A DNA stretch of 64,000 nucleotides from the NCBI RefSeq assembly GCF_006345805.1, contig NC_043007.1, positions 21,328,001-21,392,000 of the forward strand, in the 5' to 3' direction. The notes beneath the pieces are model-generated. The model was not told the origin of the DNA, did not search any database, and saw nothing but the letters and a program-made list of their open reading frames with translations. Positions 11,698 through 24,699 of the stretch are shown here, one piece after another (within the stretch, counting starts at the first letter, position 1; the number at the start of each line of letters is the position of its first letter). The stretch is from Octopus sinensis. Lineage: Eukaryota. A program made the position numbers and the translations under genes.

Positions 11698-12135
11698 TTA
11701 CTCAAAGTAACCACCCTTAGCTTCCACCACGGCCTCAAATTGGGTCTGGAACCTGGTATATGCATTCCTCACTATGTCTCTGGGAAGATCTTTGAACACT
11801 TCCTTGATCTTGGCCACCAGTTCAGCCCTGGTGTTGCAAGTAGAGCGGTTGGTGGGTTTCTCAACTGCACTAGCAATCAGTTTTGACTTTTCCTGGAAGG
11901 ATGGCAAGGAGCTGAATCTTGGTGCCACGTGTATGGCCTTCCAGTGGCAAGCATCTCTGGCCACGGATTACCTGCAGTCTTCAGTAACTTCACTTAGCCA
12001 TCTGAATTAAGCCTAAGGCTCTGTTCAAAGATGTGGGCTGGCATGACATCACCCTCACTGGAAACACTCCCAAAGACCATCACAGCTTGAAGGAACTTGG
12101 TTTCCATGATGTCCATGTCATGTCTTAAAGCCTTT
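11698..12135 (-). pseudogene. Tc1/mariner (maT/DD37D-like) transposase C-terminal remnant
   Basis: METKFLQAVMVFGSVSSEGDVMPAHIFEQSLRLNSDG*VKLL...YTWHQDSAPCH...AVEKPTNRSTCNTRAELVAKIKEVF...FEAVVEAKGGYFE*; QDSAPCH carries the second catalytic D; the WPPxSPDLNP segment is deleted; internal stops. Confidence 0.85.
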
Positions 12136-12318
12136 ATAATGTACACAGAGCATTGAGCAGCATGATGTCAGCATGTGAATTGTCATGATAGAAGTACTGT
12201 ATTTTAACATCTATAAGGAACCCTTTTTAGTCAAAAATTAGGTTAAAAAAATATGGGAGTTTCTTATACATGGATAGTATTATAATCCCTTACAAAACCT
12301 TATATATAAAAACCGCTT

Positions 12319-12778
12319 ATAGGCGTAGGAGTGGCTGTGTGGTAAGTAGCTTGCTTACGAACCACATAGTTCCGGGTTCAGTCTCACTGCATGGCACCTT
12401 GGGCAAGTGTCTTCTACTAATAGCCTCAGGCCAACCAAAGCCTTGTGAGTGGATTTGGTGGACGGAAACAGAAAAAAGCCCATCATGAATGACGGTGCCC
12501 CAGCATGGCCACAGCTCGTGAGCTGAAACTAGATAAAATAAAAAATAATTTTTTAAATAATATATATGTGTGTGTGTGTGTATGTTTGTGTGTTTGCATT
12601 TGTCCCCCCACCATCACTTGACAACCGATGTTGGTGTGTAACGTAGCGGTTCAGCAAAAAGAGACTGATAGAATAAGTACCAGGCTTACAAAGAATAAGA
12701 GCTGGGGTTGATTTGTTCGACTAAAGGTGGTGCTCCAGCAGGGCCGCAGTCAAATGACTGAAACAAATAAAAGAATAA
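12319..12778 (+). mobile_element. SINE family A head plus detached second module
   Basis: Matches the 6215-6597 modules. Confidence 0.8.
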
Positions 12779-13432
12779 AACCTTTTTTGCCAAATCTTCA
12801 GCCCCCAAAATTAGGTGAGGGTTTATACATGAGGGTTCCTTATACATGTTAAAATACAGTAATGCTTTTCCAATATTCAAATAGCTTCCAGTCCTCCATG
12901 TCAGCTAACTGTTTCTGAACTACAACTTTAATCTTTATTCTCTCCAACACTGCTGTTGAAAAAAATTTCTTGTGTCAAGCTGTTCCTGAAATAAGGGGAC
13001 AAAAAAAGAATGATCAAATTTAGCAAGAAACACCTTGCGTGAACGTGTCATCCTTGGGTTTAATTCTTCACCCTTCCGTTACCATATTTTTAATGACATA
13101 CACTCTGCTTTCGTTTTAATTAATTTTGAAAATAACGAAGAATTTAGTAAAACAGATTTGCCATTACCAAGAGGGAGAAATCATTAGCAGCAGCAGTGGT
13201 GAGGTTGGTGGTATTATTTGTGCATCTTTATTGCTAGACCTTGTGTGGTGGTGGTGGTGGCGGGGGGACAACGATGGCAACGACGATGGTTACGAAGATG
13301 ATGATGATTCAAAAACTGAAGCCAGAAAAAAAAAGGGGAGGAATAGAAAATATCAATATTGAGGAGCTTATTAAGGTAGTTTGTTGACCTGTTGCATCAG
13401 TTGGTTGACTGATTACATTCATTTACTTTATC

Positions 13433-13848
13433 ATTACTCTTTACTCTTTTACTTGTTTCAGTCATTTGACTGTGGCCATGCTGGAGCACTGCCTTTTAGT
13501 CGAGCAAATCGACCCCGGGACTTATTCTTTGTAAGCCTAGTACCTATTCTATCGGTCACTCTTGCCGAACTGCTAAGTTACAGAGACGTAAACACACCAG
13601 CATCGGTTGTCAAGCGATGTTGGGGGGACAAACACAGACACACAAACATACATATATATATATATATATATACATATATATACGATGGGCTTCTTTCAGT
13701 TTCTGTCTGCCAACTCCACTCACATGGCTTTGGTCGACCCAAGTCTATAGTTGAAGACACTTGCCCAAGGTGGCATGGAGTGGGAATGAACCCGGAACCA
13801 TGTGGTTGGTAAGCAAGCTACTTACTACACAGCTACTCCTGTGCCTAT
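13433..13848 (-). mobile_element. SINE family A, full copy
   Basis: Reverse complement of 6215-6597. Confidence 0.9.
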
Positions 13849-14047
13849 TAATTAAAAAAAAATCAGGTATTGCCTGTCATTCTGTTATTCTTTCATTCTA
13901 ATTACTTTTCCTCCCCCCATGTGTTGTTGTTGTTGTTTAACTCCACATCAGCTCTGTTCAAGTAGACATATGATCAAAGATATTTCATCCATGCCCATCC
14001 TCTTTTAATTGCATATCAGGAAATTCAATGTAATTTTCTTTATTAAA

Positions 14048-14269
14048 CCCTTTTGTTACCATATTAATTTCGAGATGCTCTGTGTTTCTTTCAATTAATT
14101 TTAAATATAACAAAGAACTTAGTAGAATAACTTGGTTATCATTAAGCTAGTGTTAGGAACATGAATTGTGACTAAGGTTTGGTGGAAGATTTCAATTGAA
14201 AACTTATGAAAACAAGACATTTGTACTACAAGGCCAGAGGTGGTTTCAGCTGGGTTGATATCAAAAGGG
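14048..14269 (+). mobile_element. piggyBac-type MITE family I, single-unit copy
   Basis: TIRs CCCTTTTGTTACCA / TGATATCAAAAGGG; TTAA at the right end. Confidence 0.85.
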
Positions 14270-14325
14270 TTAAGGTGACACCATCACTAGTGCTTTCTAC
14301 ATGGCACCAGCAGGAGTGATTTTAA

Positions 14326-14546
14326 CCCTTTTGTTACCATATTTCTGTTGAGATGCTCTGTGTCTCTTTCAATTAATTTTAAATATAACAAAGAATTTAG
14401 TAAAATAACTTAGTTATCATTCAGCTAGTGTTAGGAACATAAATTGTAACTAAGGTTTGGTGGAATATTTTAGTTCAGAACTTATGAAAACAAGACATTT
14501 GTACTCAGAACCAGAGACGGTTTCAGCCAGATTGGTAACAAAAGGG
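14326..14546 (+). mobile_element. piggyBac-type MITE family I, complete 221-bp copy
   Basis: Perfect 14-nt TIR CCCTTTTGTTACCA / TGGTAACAAAAGGG; TTAA at 14322-14325 and 14547-14550. Confidence 0.92.
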
Positions 14547-14749
14547 TTAAAACATTATAGGTCTGGAAGAATGTCATTCACAGACACCCTAAAGGACCCA
14601 GGACTGATGTGGCCCTTTAGCTCTTTAGCTGCTCATCTAAGAGAAAGTACCTGCATACCAATTGCTCTCAACATTTTGCCTATAGACCCCATTGATTCCT
14701 GCCCTCCACAACCATTCGATGTATATATTAAAAAAATCCTACTTTCATT

Positions 14750-14930
14750 ATCATCATTTAACATCTATTTCTCATGCTGACAGTTTGACAGGAGCTGGCA
14801 TGGCTGGAGAGCTGCACCAGGCTCCAGTTGTCTGTTTTGGCATGGTTTCTACTGCTGGATGCCCTTCCTAATGCCAACCACTTTACAGAGTGTACTGGAT
14901 GCTTTTGAGGTGGCACCAGTACCGGTACTC
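14750..14930 (-). mobile_element. family D 3' end
   Basis: GCTGGATGCCCTTCCTAATGCCAACC core. Confidence 0.7.
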
Positions 14931-15059
14931 CTGTGTAGCACTGACCTCGGCGGAATTTGAACTCATAACATAACGGCAGATGAAACACTGCTAAAAATTT
15001 CGCCCAGCGTGCCAACGATTCTGCCACCTCACCCCCCTTGAAGAGGGAAATATTCTTTT

Positions 15060-15450
15060 CTGTTCTAGGTGCAAGACCCGAAATTTGGGGGAGGAGGCCA
15101 GTAGATTACATCGACCCCAGTATGCAACTGGCACTTAATTTATCAACTCTGAAAGGATGAAAGGCAAAGTTGACCTCGGCGGAATTTGAACTCAGAACGT
15201 AATGGCAGACAAAATACCTATTTCTTTACTACCCACAAGGGGCTAAACACAGAGGGGACAAACAAGGACAGACAAATGGATTAAGTCGATTACATCGACC
15301 CCAGTGCGTTACTGGTACTTATTTAATCGACCCCGAAAGGATGAAAGGCAAAGTCAACCTTGATGGAATTTGAACTCAGAACATAACGGCAGACAGAATA
15401 CCGCTAAGCATTTCGCCCGGCATGCTAGGAATTCTGCCAGCTCGCTGCCC
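15060..15450 (-). mobile_element. SINE family B composite (head-body-tail1-body-tail2)
   Basis: Body GATGAAAGGCAAAGT.GACCTCGGCGGAATTTGAACTCAGAAC occurs twice, separated by tail-1. Confidence 0.85.
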
Positions 15451-16486
15451 TATGCTGTGAAAATATTGACTTGTCTTTCCTTCTTGGCATATCCAGGAAT
15501 GAAAATATGGCAAGGGAGATGGGGCTAGGCACTTGCTTCTGGAAACAGCCCAGCCACACCAGAGATGGTTAAATTACTGTCTCTATAATACCATCGACCA
15601 ACAATGCAAAAGGGGCCAACAGAGTATGATTTAAGGGAGATTTGGTTGTTTTTACTTTGCAAACATGAACATGAAAGTAAATGAGAAAAAAATTCCAAAA
15701 AACCCGAGATTTTGAAATAATTTAACTGTGATGTAATTTGTTTTTATTGATAGCACAATCTAATATTTTCATAAAAGAACTTCATGAAAGAACTATTTGC
15801 TTTTTTTTTTATCATTTCTTTTTTTCATTTTGCAGTTCTAAAACCTCTATTCAACTATTGTTCCAATTTGTCTGGAATAAACTATCAATTGATATTGACT
15901 TGTTCAGTCGGTATCAATAATAATAATAATAATAATAGTAATAATAATAATGATGATGATGATGATGATGATAATAATAATATGACTTCTCTTGTAGTAG
16001 ATCAATCTACCTTTTTCGATTTTGTTTTTCTTTTAGCATCATCATCATCATCATCATCATTGTCGTCGTCATCATCATCATCATCATCGTCATCATTGTT
16101 TTCGTAACTCCCCTCCTCCTCCTCATCACCACCGCCACCACCACACCACCATTATCGCCACCACCACTGCCACCACAACCACCATTGCCGCTGCCGTCGC
16201 CACCACCCCCAACTCCACCACCGCCACCACCGCCGCCGCCACCGCCACTACCACCACCATCAATACCCACCACTAACACCATCATATATGAAACCAATGA
16301 AGAAGCCTCTAAACAGGTTCTCAGCCTGCTAGAAATAGTTGCCACATCTTACTCAAACCCCGCCCTACAGTCATAAAAATTCGAAGAATATATTGGATGA
16401 CTCAGTCCTTTTCCTCAAGCTCAGAAATTATGGGAATGTAAACAAACCAACACTTGTTATCAAGTAATGATGATGGTGATGGTGGT

Positions 16487-17050
16487 GGTGGACAAACACA
16501 AACATGAAGACACCCCTCCACACACACACACATTCAAGGGCTTCCACACAGTTTCCAAATATCAAATTCACTCACTAGGCTTTGGTCAGCCCTGTTCTAT
16601 AGTAGAAGAAATTAAACCAAAATGCTATACAGTGGGACTGAGCCTATGCATGTATATCATCATCATCATCATCATCATTGTCATCATTGTAATTGTCATC
16701 CTCATTGTTGTCATCGATGTTATCGTTGTCGTCGTCATCATCATCATCATCATCATTGTTATTGATGTCATTGTCATCATCATCACCATCATCATTGTCA
16801 TCATCATCATTGTCATCGTCATCATCATTATCACCATCATCGTCATTGTCGTTGTTGTCGTTGTCGTTGTCGTCATCATCATCATCATCATCATTGTTGT
16901 CATCTTCATCATCATTGTCATCGCTGTTGTTGTCGTCATCATTATCATCATCATCATTGTCATTGTCGTCATCGTCATCGTAATCGTTATCGTTGTTGTC
17001 ATCATCCTCATCATTGTATCATTGTCGTCATCATCATCCTCATCATCCTT
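16487..17050. repeat. decayed family A fragment followed by long (CAT/CGT/TGT)n low-complexity tract
   Basis: Direct inspection. Confidence 0.8.
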
Positions 17051-17375
17051 TAACGTCTGTTGTCCATACTGGCATGGATTAGACAGGTCAACCAGAGCTG
17101 GTAAGGCTGGAGAGCTGCACCAGGTTGCAGTCTGATTTGACTTGGTTTCTATGGCTGGATGCCCTTCCAAACATCAACCACTTTACAGAGGGTGCTGGTT
17201 GCTCCTTACGTGGCACCAGCAGAAGCCTTCTTATGTGTCACTAGCATGGGTGCTCTTTACATAGCACTGCCACGTGACTCTTGTAGGCCAGTCTTCTTGA
17301 CCAGGGGGAGTGGCCTTAACACTTCTGCTGTGAAGGATGAGTCTTCTTGAGTACAGCAAAAGCACGAGGTTCCAC
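17040..17375 (-). mobile_element. family D with longer upstream extension
   Basis: D core plus about 150 nt of additional upstream sequence. Confidence 0.65.
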
Positions 17376-17377
17376 GG

Positions 17378-17446
<69 letters not shown>

Positions 17447-17509
17447 CATACATACATACATACATATATATATACATATATACATATATATATATACATA
17501 TATATATAT

Positions 17510-17560
<51 letters not shown>

Positions 17561-18099
17561 ACACACATACACACATATATATCAAGCCTGCCCTTAAAGT
17601 GATTAAAGAGTCCTTTCAATATTGTGTTGTGGTCTTCTCAATTCACCAACCATGTCACAGAGTGTACTGGGTGCTATTTCATGACACCAGTACAAGTGAA
17701 GTTGTCTTGTGTGTATGTGTGTGTGTGTGTATGTGGGAGGGTGGAGAGAGATAAAGAGAAAGAGAGTGAAAGATTACGAAAGAGAGAGAGGGGGAGAAAG
17801 TGAGAGAGAGAGAGCAAGAGAAAGAGAGAGAGAGGGAGCAAGTGAGAGAGAGAGAATTTGTGAATGTATGTGTGTGTGAGAGAGAGAGAGAGGGGGGATT
17901 GTGAATGTATGTGTATGTATGGATGTATTTTCATATGTTTGTGTCTGTGTGTCTTTGCTTGGCCCCGTTTGGGTGATGGCAACATTTTCTTCTGTTCCCT
18001 GTAAACAATATTTATTTGCAGCTGAGCAGTTCAACAGTGTCAATAATTAAACTCCCTTCACTTGTCAGGTGTGCCAGCATAGGGAAAAGGGGAACACAA

Positions 18100-18600
18100 G
18101 CACAATGATGATGATGGTGATGGTGATTGATGATGATAACGACAATAGCAGCAACAACAATGCTGATAATGATGATGATGATGATGATGATGATGACAAT
18201 GGTGATGATGGTGATAAGATGATGATGACGATGATGATGATGACGATGATGGTGGTGATGATGATGATGATGAGGAGGAGGAGGATGGCAATGATGATAA
18301 TGATGATGATGGGGATGTTGGAGATGATTATGAAGATGAAGATGATGCTGATGATGGTGATGATGGTGATGATGATGGTGATGATGATGATGATGATGAC
18401 GATGATGATGATGATGGTGCTGGTGCTGGTGCTGGTGAGGTGATGATAATGATGATGGTGGGAGGTGATGATGATGATGATGGTGATGATAATGATAATA
18501 ATGATGGTGAGGGTGATGATGATGATGACAATGGTGACGATGATGACGACGACAACGGTGTCAATGACAATGACGATGATGTTGACAACAATAACAATCG
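18100..18600. repeat. (GAT/GGT)n low-complexity tract
   Basis: Direct inspection. Confidence 0.95.
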
Positions 18601-19432
18601 TTAATAAAAACAAAAACAACTTAGAAGAGACTTGATACTTAACTATTTTGTCTGCATGCAAACATATTGAATTGAAAATTAAATTGAATAATGTCATTCA
18701 TTATAATTAATTTTTTTCCTCTCCTTTTTTCCTTTTTTTACCTAAAATTGCAAAATCTTGCTATGGAAGCATTCAGCTTCATAATTTTACTATCAAAATG
18801 GATGAGATAAATTAACCAGATATTTTCCCCCACTTTTAAAATTTTATTTCTGTTATTTACTTATTAATTTATTTATTCATTTTTATTTTTTATTTAATTA
18901 TTTATTACTCTTTAACATTTTATTATAAAATTTCTCTATTCTAGTAAAAGTTGATTAAAAAAAATCAAGTAAAAGTTATTAAAAAATTAATGATGAAATT
19001 TATTCTGTTTTCAAACTTAACATAAAAATACTTCTTTTTTATTATCAAGACCAATCCTTTTACTAATTTTTTATTATTATTATTTTTTTTTTTGTAGTAA
19101 AAATAAAATGTAGAAAACAGTTCCTAGTATTATACAACTTAACTATTTTAAGTATAATGCTATAGAAAGCCTTTGTGTAAAAAAAAATTAATGACCCTGT
19201 GCTCAAATGCTCTTATGATTTAATTTAAAATAGAATTAGTTTTATCAATGTGAAGTGTTATGCTAGACGCAAACAAAGAGACGTTACACAAATTAAAGTA
19301 ATATAAAATAAAATAAACCTCTCTTCTCATAAATTATTCAAGAGAAATTTCAATTCCAGTTTGCTTTCGACTTTAATTAGTCACCACACTTTATCCCATA
19401 ATTTCAAACCAATTTGGCAATCTTCTGTTACT

Positions 19433-19466
<34 letters not shown>

Positions 19467-19789
19467 CACACACAACACACACACACACACACACACAGAA
19501 GAGAAATTGGGATAACAAGTTTATATTACTAGTTCTTAAGTATGTTTCATCATAATTGTTGCTTGCAAACCTGCGTTGGGTCTACCAAGTGCATTTGAAT
19601 ACTTAGCCAGAATTTATAATCAGTCAATGCTTTATTGCGTCAAGTCACAAAGAACCAATGAACATAAGTTACATGTAACTAAATGCAAAAAAAAAAAAAA
19701 TTGTTCCTTGATGATTTGTTCTGGTTAAGCATCCATATACACTTGGTAGACACACTGAAGGGTTCCAAGCAACAATTATGGTAAACCAT

Positions 19790-20400
19790 ATATGCTGAGA
19801 CCCCCTTCGATCACAACACAGACCATGGGATTGCACCTAAAAAGTTACCCTCCCAGGCACAAGTCTGGGCAAGGTTGTTTATGAAAGACCAGCAGTTGCC
19901 CATGCATACCGGCCTCCCCTCTCCATGCCACCAGTGTTATCCAAGGGAAGGGCTAAAACAATTCGAAGCGCATTGTGGCCAGCGATGTGTAGCAACATCT
20001 GATAGCCTGGTCGGTCATGGTGATCACGGTGATATATATACATACATATATATATATATATCTGAGATCCCCTTTGGTCATGAATGACCATGGGATTACA
20101 CCTAGAAAGTTACCCTCCCAGGCACAAATCCGGGCAAAGTTGTTTATGGAAGACCAGCAGTCACCCATGCATACCGGCCTCCCTTCTCCATGCCAATAAT
20201 GTTATCCAAGAGAAAGGCTTAAGTTGATACAACTTGGCACCAGTGACGTCACAACTCATTTCTACAGCTGGGTTAACTGGAGCAACGTGAAATAAAGTGT
20301 CTTACTCAAGAACACAGCACACAGCCTGGTCCGAGATTCCAACTCACAACCTCACAATTGTAAGCTGGATGCTCTAACCACTGAGCCATGCACCTTCACA
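19790..20400 (-). mobile_element. SINE family C composite (head-body-tail-(TA)-segment X-body-tail)
   Basis: C tail present twice, separated by GACCAGGCTATCAGATGTTGCTACACATCGCTGG.CACAATGCG. Confidence 0.85.
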
Positions 20401-20600
20401 AAAAAAAACATATATAGGAACAAATAAGTTGTGCTTGTCATAGCAAGGGCACATGGCTCAGTAGTTAGAGTGTCAGGCTCATGAAGCAGTGAGTTCGATT
20501 CCTGGATCGGACAGTGTGTTGTATTCTTGAGCAAGACACTTTATTTCATATTGCTCCAGTTCATTCAACTGTAGAAACGAGTTGTGATGTCAATAGTGCC

Positions 20601-20632
<32 letters not shown>

Positions 20633-21466
20633 TAATAGTAATAATAATAATAATAAAACAATAACAACAATAGCAACAACAATAACAGGTGTATTGGGCT
20701 TTGTATATTTGTAACCTAGCATCACTTTGATGACGTGTGCTACTCTCTTTACTACTAATAATAATAATGATGATGATGATGATGATGATGATGACGATTA
20801 CGACAACGATGACGACTACAACAACAACAATAATGATAATGATAATAAGCAGTGAAGAACAATGAAGAAAAAGGAAGAGGAAAACAAGTCGTTGTTAACG
20901 TAAGATCTCGTTTACAGCTGATCTGTTTAGTCATATTAATTGAAGTGGAACAAGAGTTAAAGTCTGTCACCCGGCTAGTGATTCATTGGTGCCGACTGCT
21001 AACCTCCAGCCATTCACTTAAGAGGTCGGTACACATTTGGACAATTAGGTGCCTTTTGTGAGATTTTTATGCTGTGTCATAGATATGATTCATAAAAACA
21101 TATATATATATATGCTGTGGCAAACTTGTACATGTTTAATAATACACACTCTGGGATGTGTTACATAAATGCAAAGAATGAGACGAACGGGTGCAATTGT
21201 ATGGGTGGCTGGCAATATGGCATGCTTGACTGGACGTTCAGTATATGTATATTAAGCAAAGAAATTCTAATTATTTAAATTTGCACTTGTGTGGGTAAGG
21301 AGAAAGAATTAAGACAGAGAAGAGAGACAACCTCCGAAACTATAAGTAAATGTAATCAATTGAAAATAGAATGTGAAACCAACAGTAGATTCAGTTGACT
21401 GCTGGCAGTACAGTGATAACTCTGGGCATGTTTCACTTTTATTAGGCCTTGTTAGGGTAGCATAGT

Positions 21467-21535
<69 letters not shown>

Positions 21536-21609
21536 TATATATATATACATACATACATATATATACATACATACATACATACATATATATATATTATATA
21601 TATATATAT

Positions 21610-21866
21610 GTGGCACGTCCATGCAGGTGGCATGCCTACCGTGCAGGTGGCACGCCTACTGTGCAGGTGGCACGTAAGAACCACCCACTACACTCTCGGA
21701 GAGGTTGGCGTTCAGAAGGGCATCCAGCTGTAGAAACTCTGCCAGATCAAGACTGGAGCCTGGTGTAGCCATCTTGTTGCCATCGCTCAGTCAAAACCGT
21801 CCAATCCATGCTAGCATGGAAAACGGACGTTAAACGATGATAATGATGATGATGATGATGATGATG
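21610..21866 (+). mobile_element. family D 3' end with (GAT)n tail
   Basis: D core; a 19-nt GTGCAGGTGGCA.GCCTAC unit is repeated at its 5' side. Confidence 0.8.
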
Positions 21867-21887
21867 ATATATATGTATATATATAAG

Positions 21888-22245
21888 TTAGAAAAAAATA
21901 CCTTTTATCAATTCAATAATGAAAAATTAAATTATACCATTTAGAAAAATTACATATTATAGAAAGATTAAATATAAGATAAAACATATAACGATGAGCA
22001 AAATAATAAATAAAATGTATATCTTTGGTAGATATACATTTTATTTATTATTTTGCACATTACTTAATCATCGTTATATGTTTTATCTTTCTATAACAGG
22101 TAATTTTTCTAAATGGCATAATTTAATTTTTCATTATTGAATTAATAAAAGGTGGGGTTTTTTCTAATTTATATATATATATATTATATTTTGGGAAATT
22201 TGATTTAGTATTTCTAAATTGAATTTTTCCCTGTAAGTTTGGAAT
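21888..22245 (-). mobile_element. AT-rich (TA)n-embedded element with inverted partial duplicate
   Basis: 22030-22245 is the reverse complement of 40460-40710; 21888-22024 is an inverted copy of 22030-22167. Confidence 0.7.
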
Positions 22246-22529
22246 AATATTCCCTCATATTATTATTATATATATATGTGTGTGTGTGTATGTGTGTGTG
22301 TGTGTGTATACGCACATAAGTAAACACAATTGCAAAAGAAGATGGAAAAGATAGTACTCAATAGCAAAGGTAGAGTAATGTGATAATTGTTGAATCTCCA
22401 AAAATAATCTTCCCAGTTTATTTACTCAGAGTTTCACATGACTGTTAGACAGTTGCAATGATATCGCCACAACTGTCCGATGAATATTCATGTGAAACTC
22501 TGAGTGCTTTTTCTTGATAAATGGTATAT

Positions 22530-23025
22530 TTCAAGCAAGACACTTTATTTCACATTGCTCCAGTTCACTCAGCTGTAGAAATGAGTTGTGACGTCACAGG
22601 TGCCAAGCTGTATCAGCCTTTGCCTTTCCCTTGGAAAACATTATTGGCAGGGAGAGGTGAGGCTGGTATGCATAGGTGACTGATGGTCTTCCATAAACAA
22701 CCTTGCCCAGACTTGTGCCTTGGAGGGGAACTTTCTAGGTGCAATCCCATGGTCATTTATGACCAAAGGGGTCTCAGATATATATATATCACCGTGATCA
22801 CTATGACTGACCAGGCTATCAGATGTTGCTACACATCGCTAGTCACAATGCGCTTTGCATTGTTTTAGCCTTTCCCTTGGATAACACTGGTGGCATGGAG
22901 AGGGGAGGCCAGTATGCATGGGCGACTGCTAGTCTTTCATAAACAACCTTGCCTGGAGTTGTGCCTCAATGGGAAACTTTCTAGGTGCAATCCCTTTGGT
23001 CATTTATGACTGAAGGGGTCTTTAC
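22530..23025 (+). mobile_element. SINE family C composite lacking head
   Basis: Same body-tail-X-body-tail layout as 19790-20400. Confidence 0.85.
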
Positions 23026-23366
23026 CCTATTACCCTTGTTGGATTCTGCAGTCAGCTTTGATGTATAAGGGTCTAACAGTTATAATATTAGCTTTTAGAT
23101 TATACACATAGATGATTTGTTTTCAGTGTTGCAGGACCAACCAAAATGTGTGGTGTGTGTGTGTGTGCCCAACGTTGCTTGACAACCGATGCTGCTGTGT
23201 TTACGTCCCTGTAACTTAGTGGTTCGGTAAAAGACCCCGATAGAACAAGTACTAGGTCTTACAAAGAATAAGTCCTGGGGGTCGATTTGCTCGACTAAAG
23301 GTGGTGCTCCAGCATGGCTGCAATCAAATGACTGAAACTAGTAAAAGAGAGTAAAAATAAAAGAGA

Positions 23367-23482
23367 GATCCCTTTTGATCGAAATTCTACCCCATTCTTC
23401 TTTTTTCTTCTTCCCAAAAAGAAAAGCTCTACTTTGTATTTTGTCCCCTCTGTGTTCAGCCCTGTGTAGTCAATAAATAAAC
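23367..23482 (+). mobile_element. Tx1-like LINE 3'-end fragment
   Basis: GATCCCTTTTGATCGAAA...AAGAAAAGCTCTAC...GTCCCCTCTGTGTTCAGCCCTGTG matches 24390-24505; followed by (TATC)n. Confidence 0.85.
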
Positions 23483-23528
23483 ATATCTATCTGTCTGTCT
23501 TTCTATCTATCTATCTATCTATCTATCT

Positions 23529-24508
23529 ACAGTCATGGATGAAGCAGAGATTGAGGCTAGGCGAATGGCACCGCGAGTGTCACGTTGCTCTCAAGCAACT
23601 CTGCCGTCCGGGATCAAACTTGTGCGACTCCATCACAACAAAGGCATTCTATAGAGGATTAGTGGAGGGGAGGTGCGATGACGAACTCGGGCAGAGTCTG
23701 GGCGTCGACGAGGAACACCTGACCCGCCTGTTCAGGACAACTTTCGGGTCAGGACCTATGAACAATCACCAAAGATCCCTGGCCTGGCAGTGCTATCAAG
23801 AAGCATTACCTGTTCAGGATAAGCTCTACAGACACGGTTCCAGACACACTGGACCGACATGCCTGAGATGCGGTCAGAGCGACGAAACCGTTCTGCATGC
23901 ACTCGTGCAATGTCCAATCACTTCAAACCTGTGGGCTTATGCCAAATGGCTGCTGTCGCGTGTGGGACGAGTCTGCCTATCGGCCAAGTCTATCGTGACT
24001 ATTGCTCCACCCCCTTCCCTCATCCGGGAAGGCAAGGCAGTTTTCATCGTACTGGTGGCCATGGTGAAAGAATGTGTGTGGTGGACCCGAGTGAAAGGAT
24101 TAGAGACAAACACATACCTCTCTGGCCAATCGCTCATCAACTTTTTCAAGTACCACTTAAAAAGGAAGGTGAGAATGGAGAGGGAAGTTTTGTCTCGCGA
24201 AAGATTAAAAAAAAGATGGGTGAATGTTGCAAAGATGGTGTGTGCGAGTGACGAAACCATTTTGAGCATGACCCTGTAAATTGTAAAAAAAGAGAGAGAG
24301 CATTTTGCTCTCATGTGGTTATTTCCTCCCTGACCGAGGTTCCCGTGGTTTCTGTGATACCCGATTTTTTTTTTTTTTTTCCTCCTCTCGATCCCTTTTG
24401 ATCGAAATCTTACATTTATTTTCCTTATTTTCCACCCTCGAAAAGAAAAGCTCTACATTTGTATTTGTCCCCTCTGTATTCAGCCCTGTGTGGCTAATAA
24501 AAGAAAGT
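23529..24508 (+). mobile_element. 5'-truncated L1/Tx1-clade LINE (ORF2 C-terminus plus 3' UTR)
   Basis: Open frame 23539-24279 with C-X2-C-X8-H-X4-C finger CLRCGQSDETVLHALVQC preceded by SLAWQCYQEALPV; about 230 nt UTR; (TATC)n on both sides. Confidence 0.9.
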
Positions 24509-24699
24509 TATCTATCTATCTGTCTGTCTGTCTATCTATCTACCTGTCTTTCTATCTGTCTGTCTGTCTGTCTGTCTATCTGTCTGTCTGTCTGTCTATC
24601 TGTCTGTCTATCTATCTATCTCTTACGATAAGCCTTTCCTTTTTATTGTTTGATTTTTCTGCATATGTGCTCATGTGCTCCCCGAGTTTTGCTTTTTTA

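Noticed and set aside
21420-21470. Possible decayed hammerhead on the minus strand (CTAACAAGGCC...GTGAAACATG)
   Set aside because: Multiple core changes and no stem I partner.
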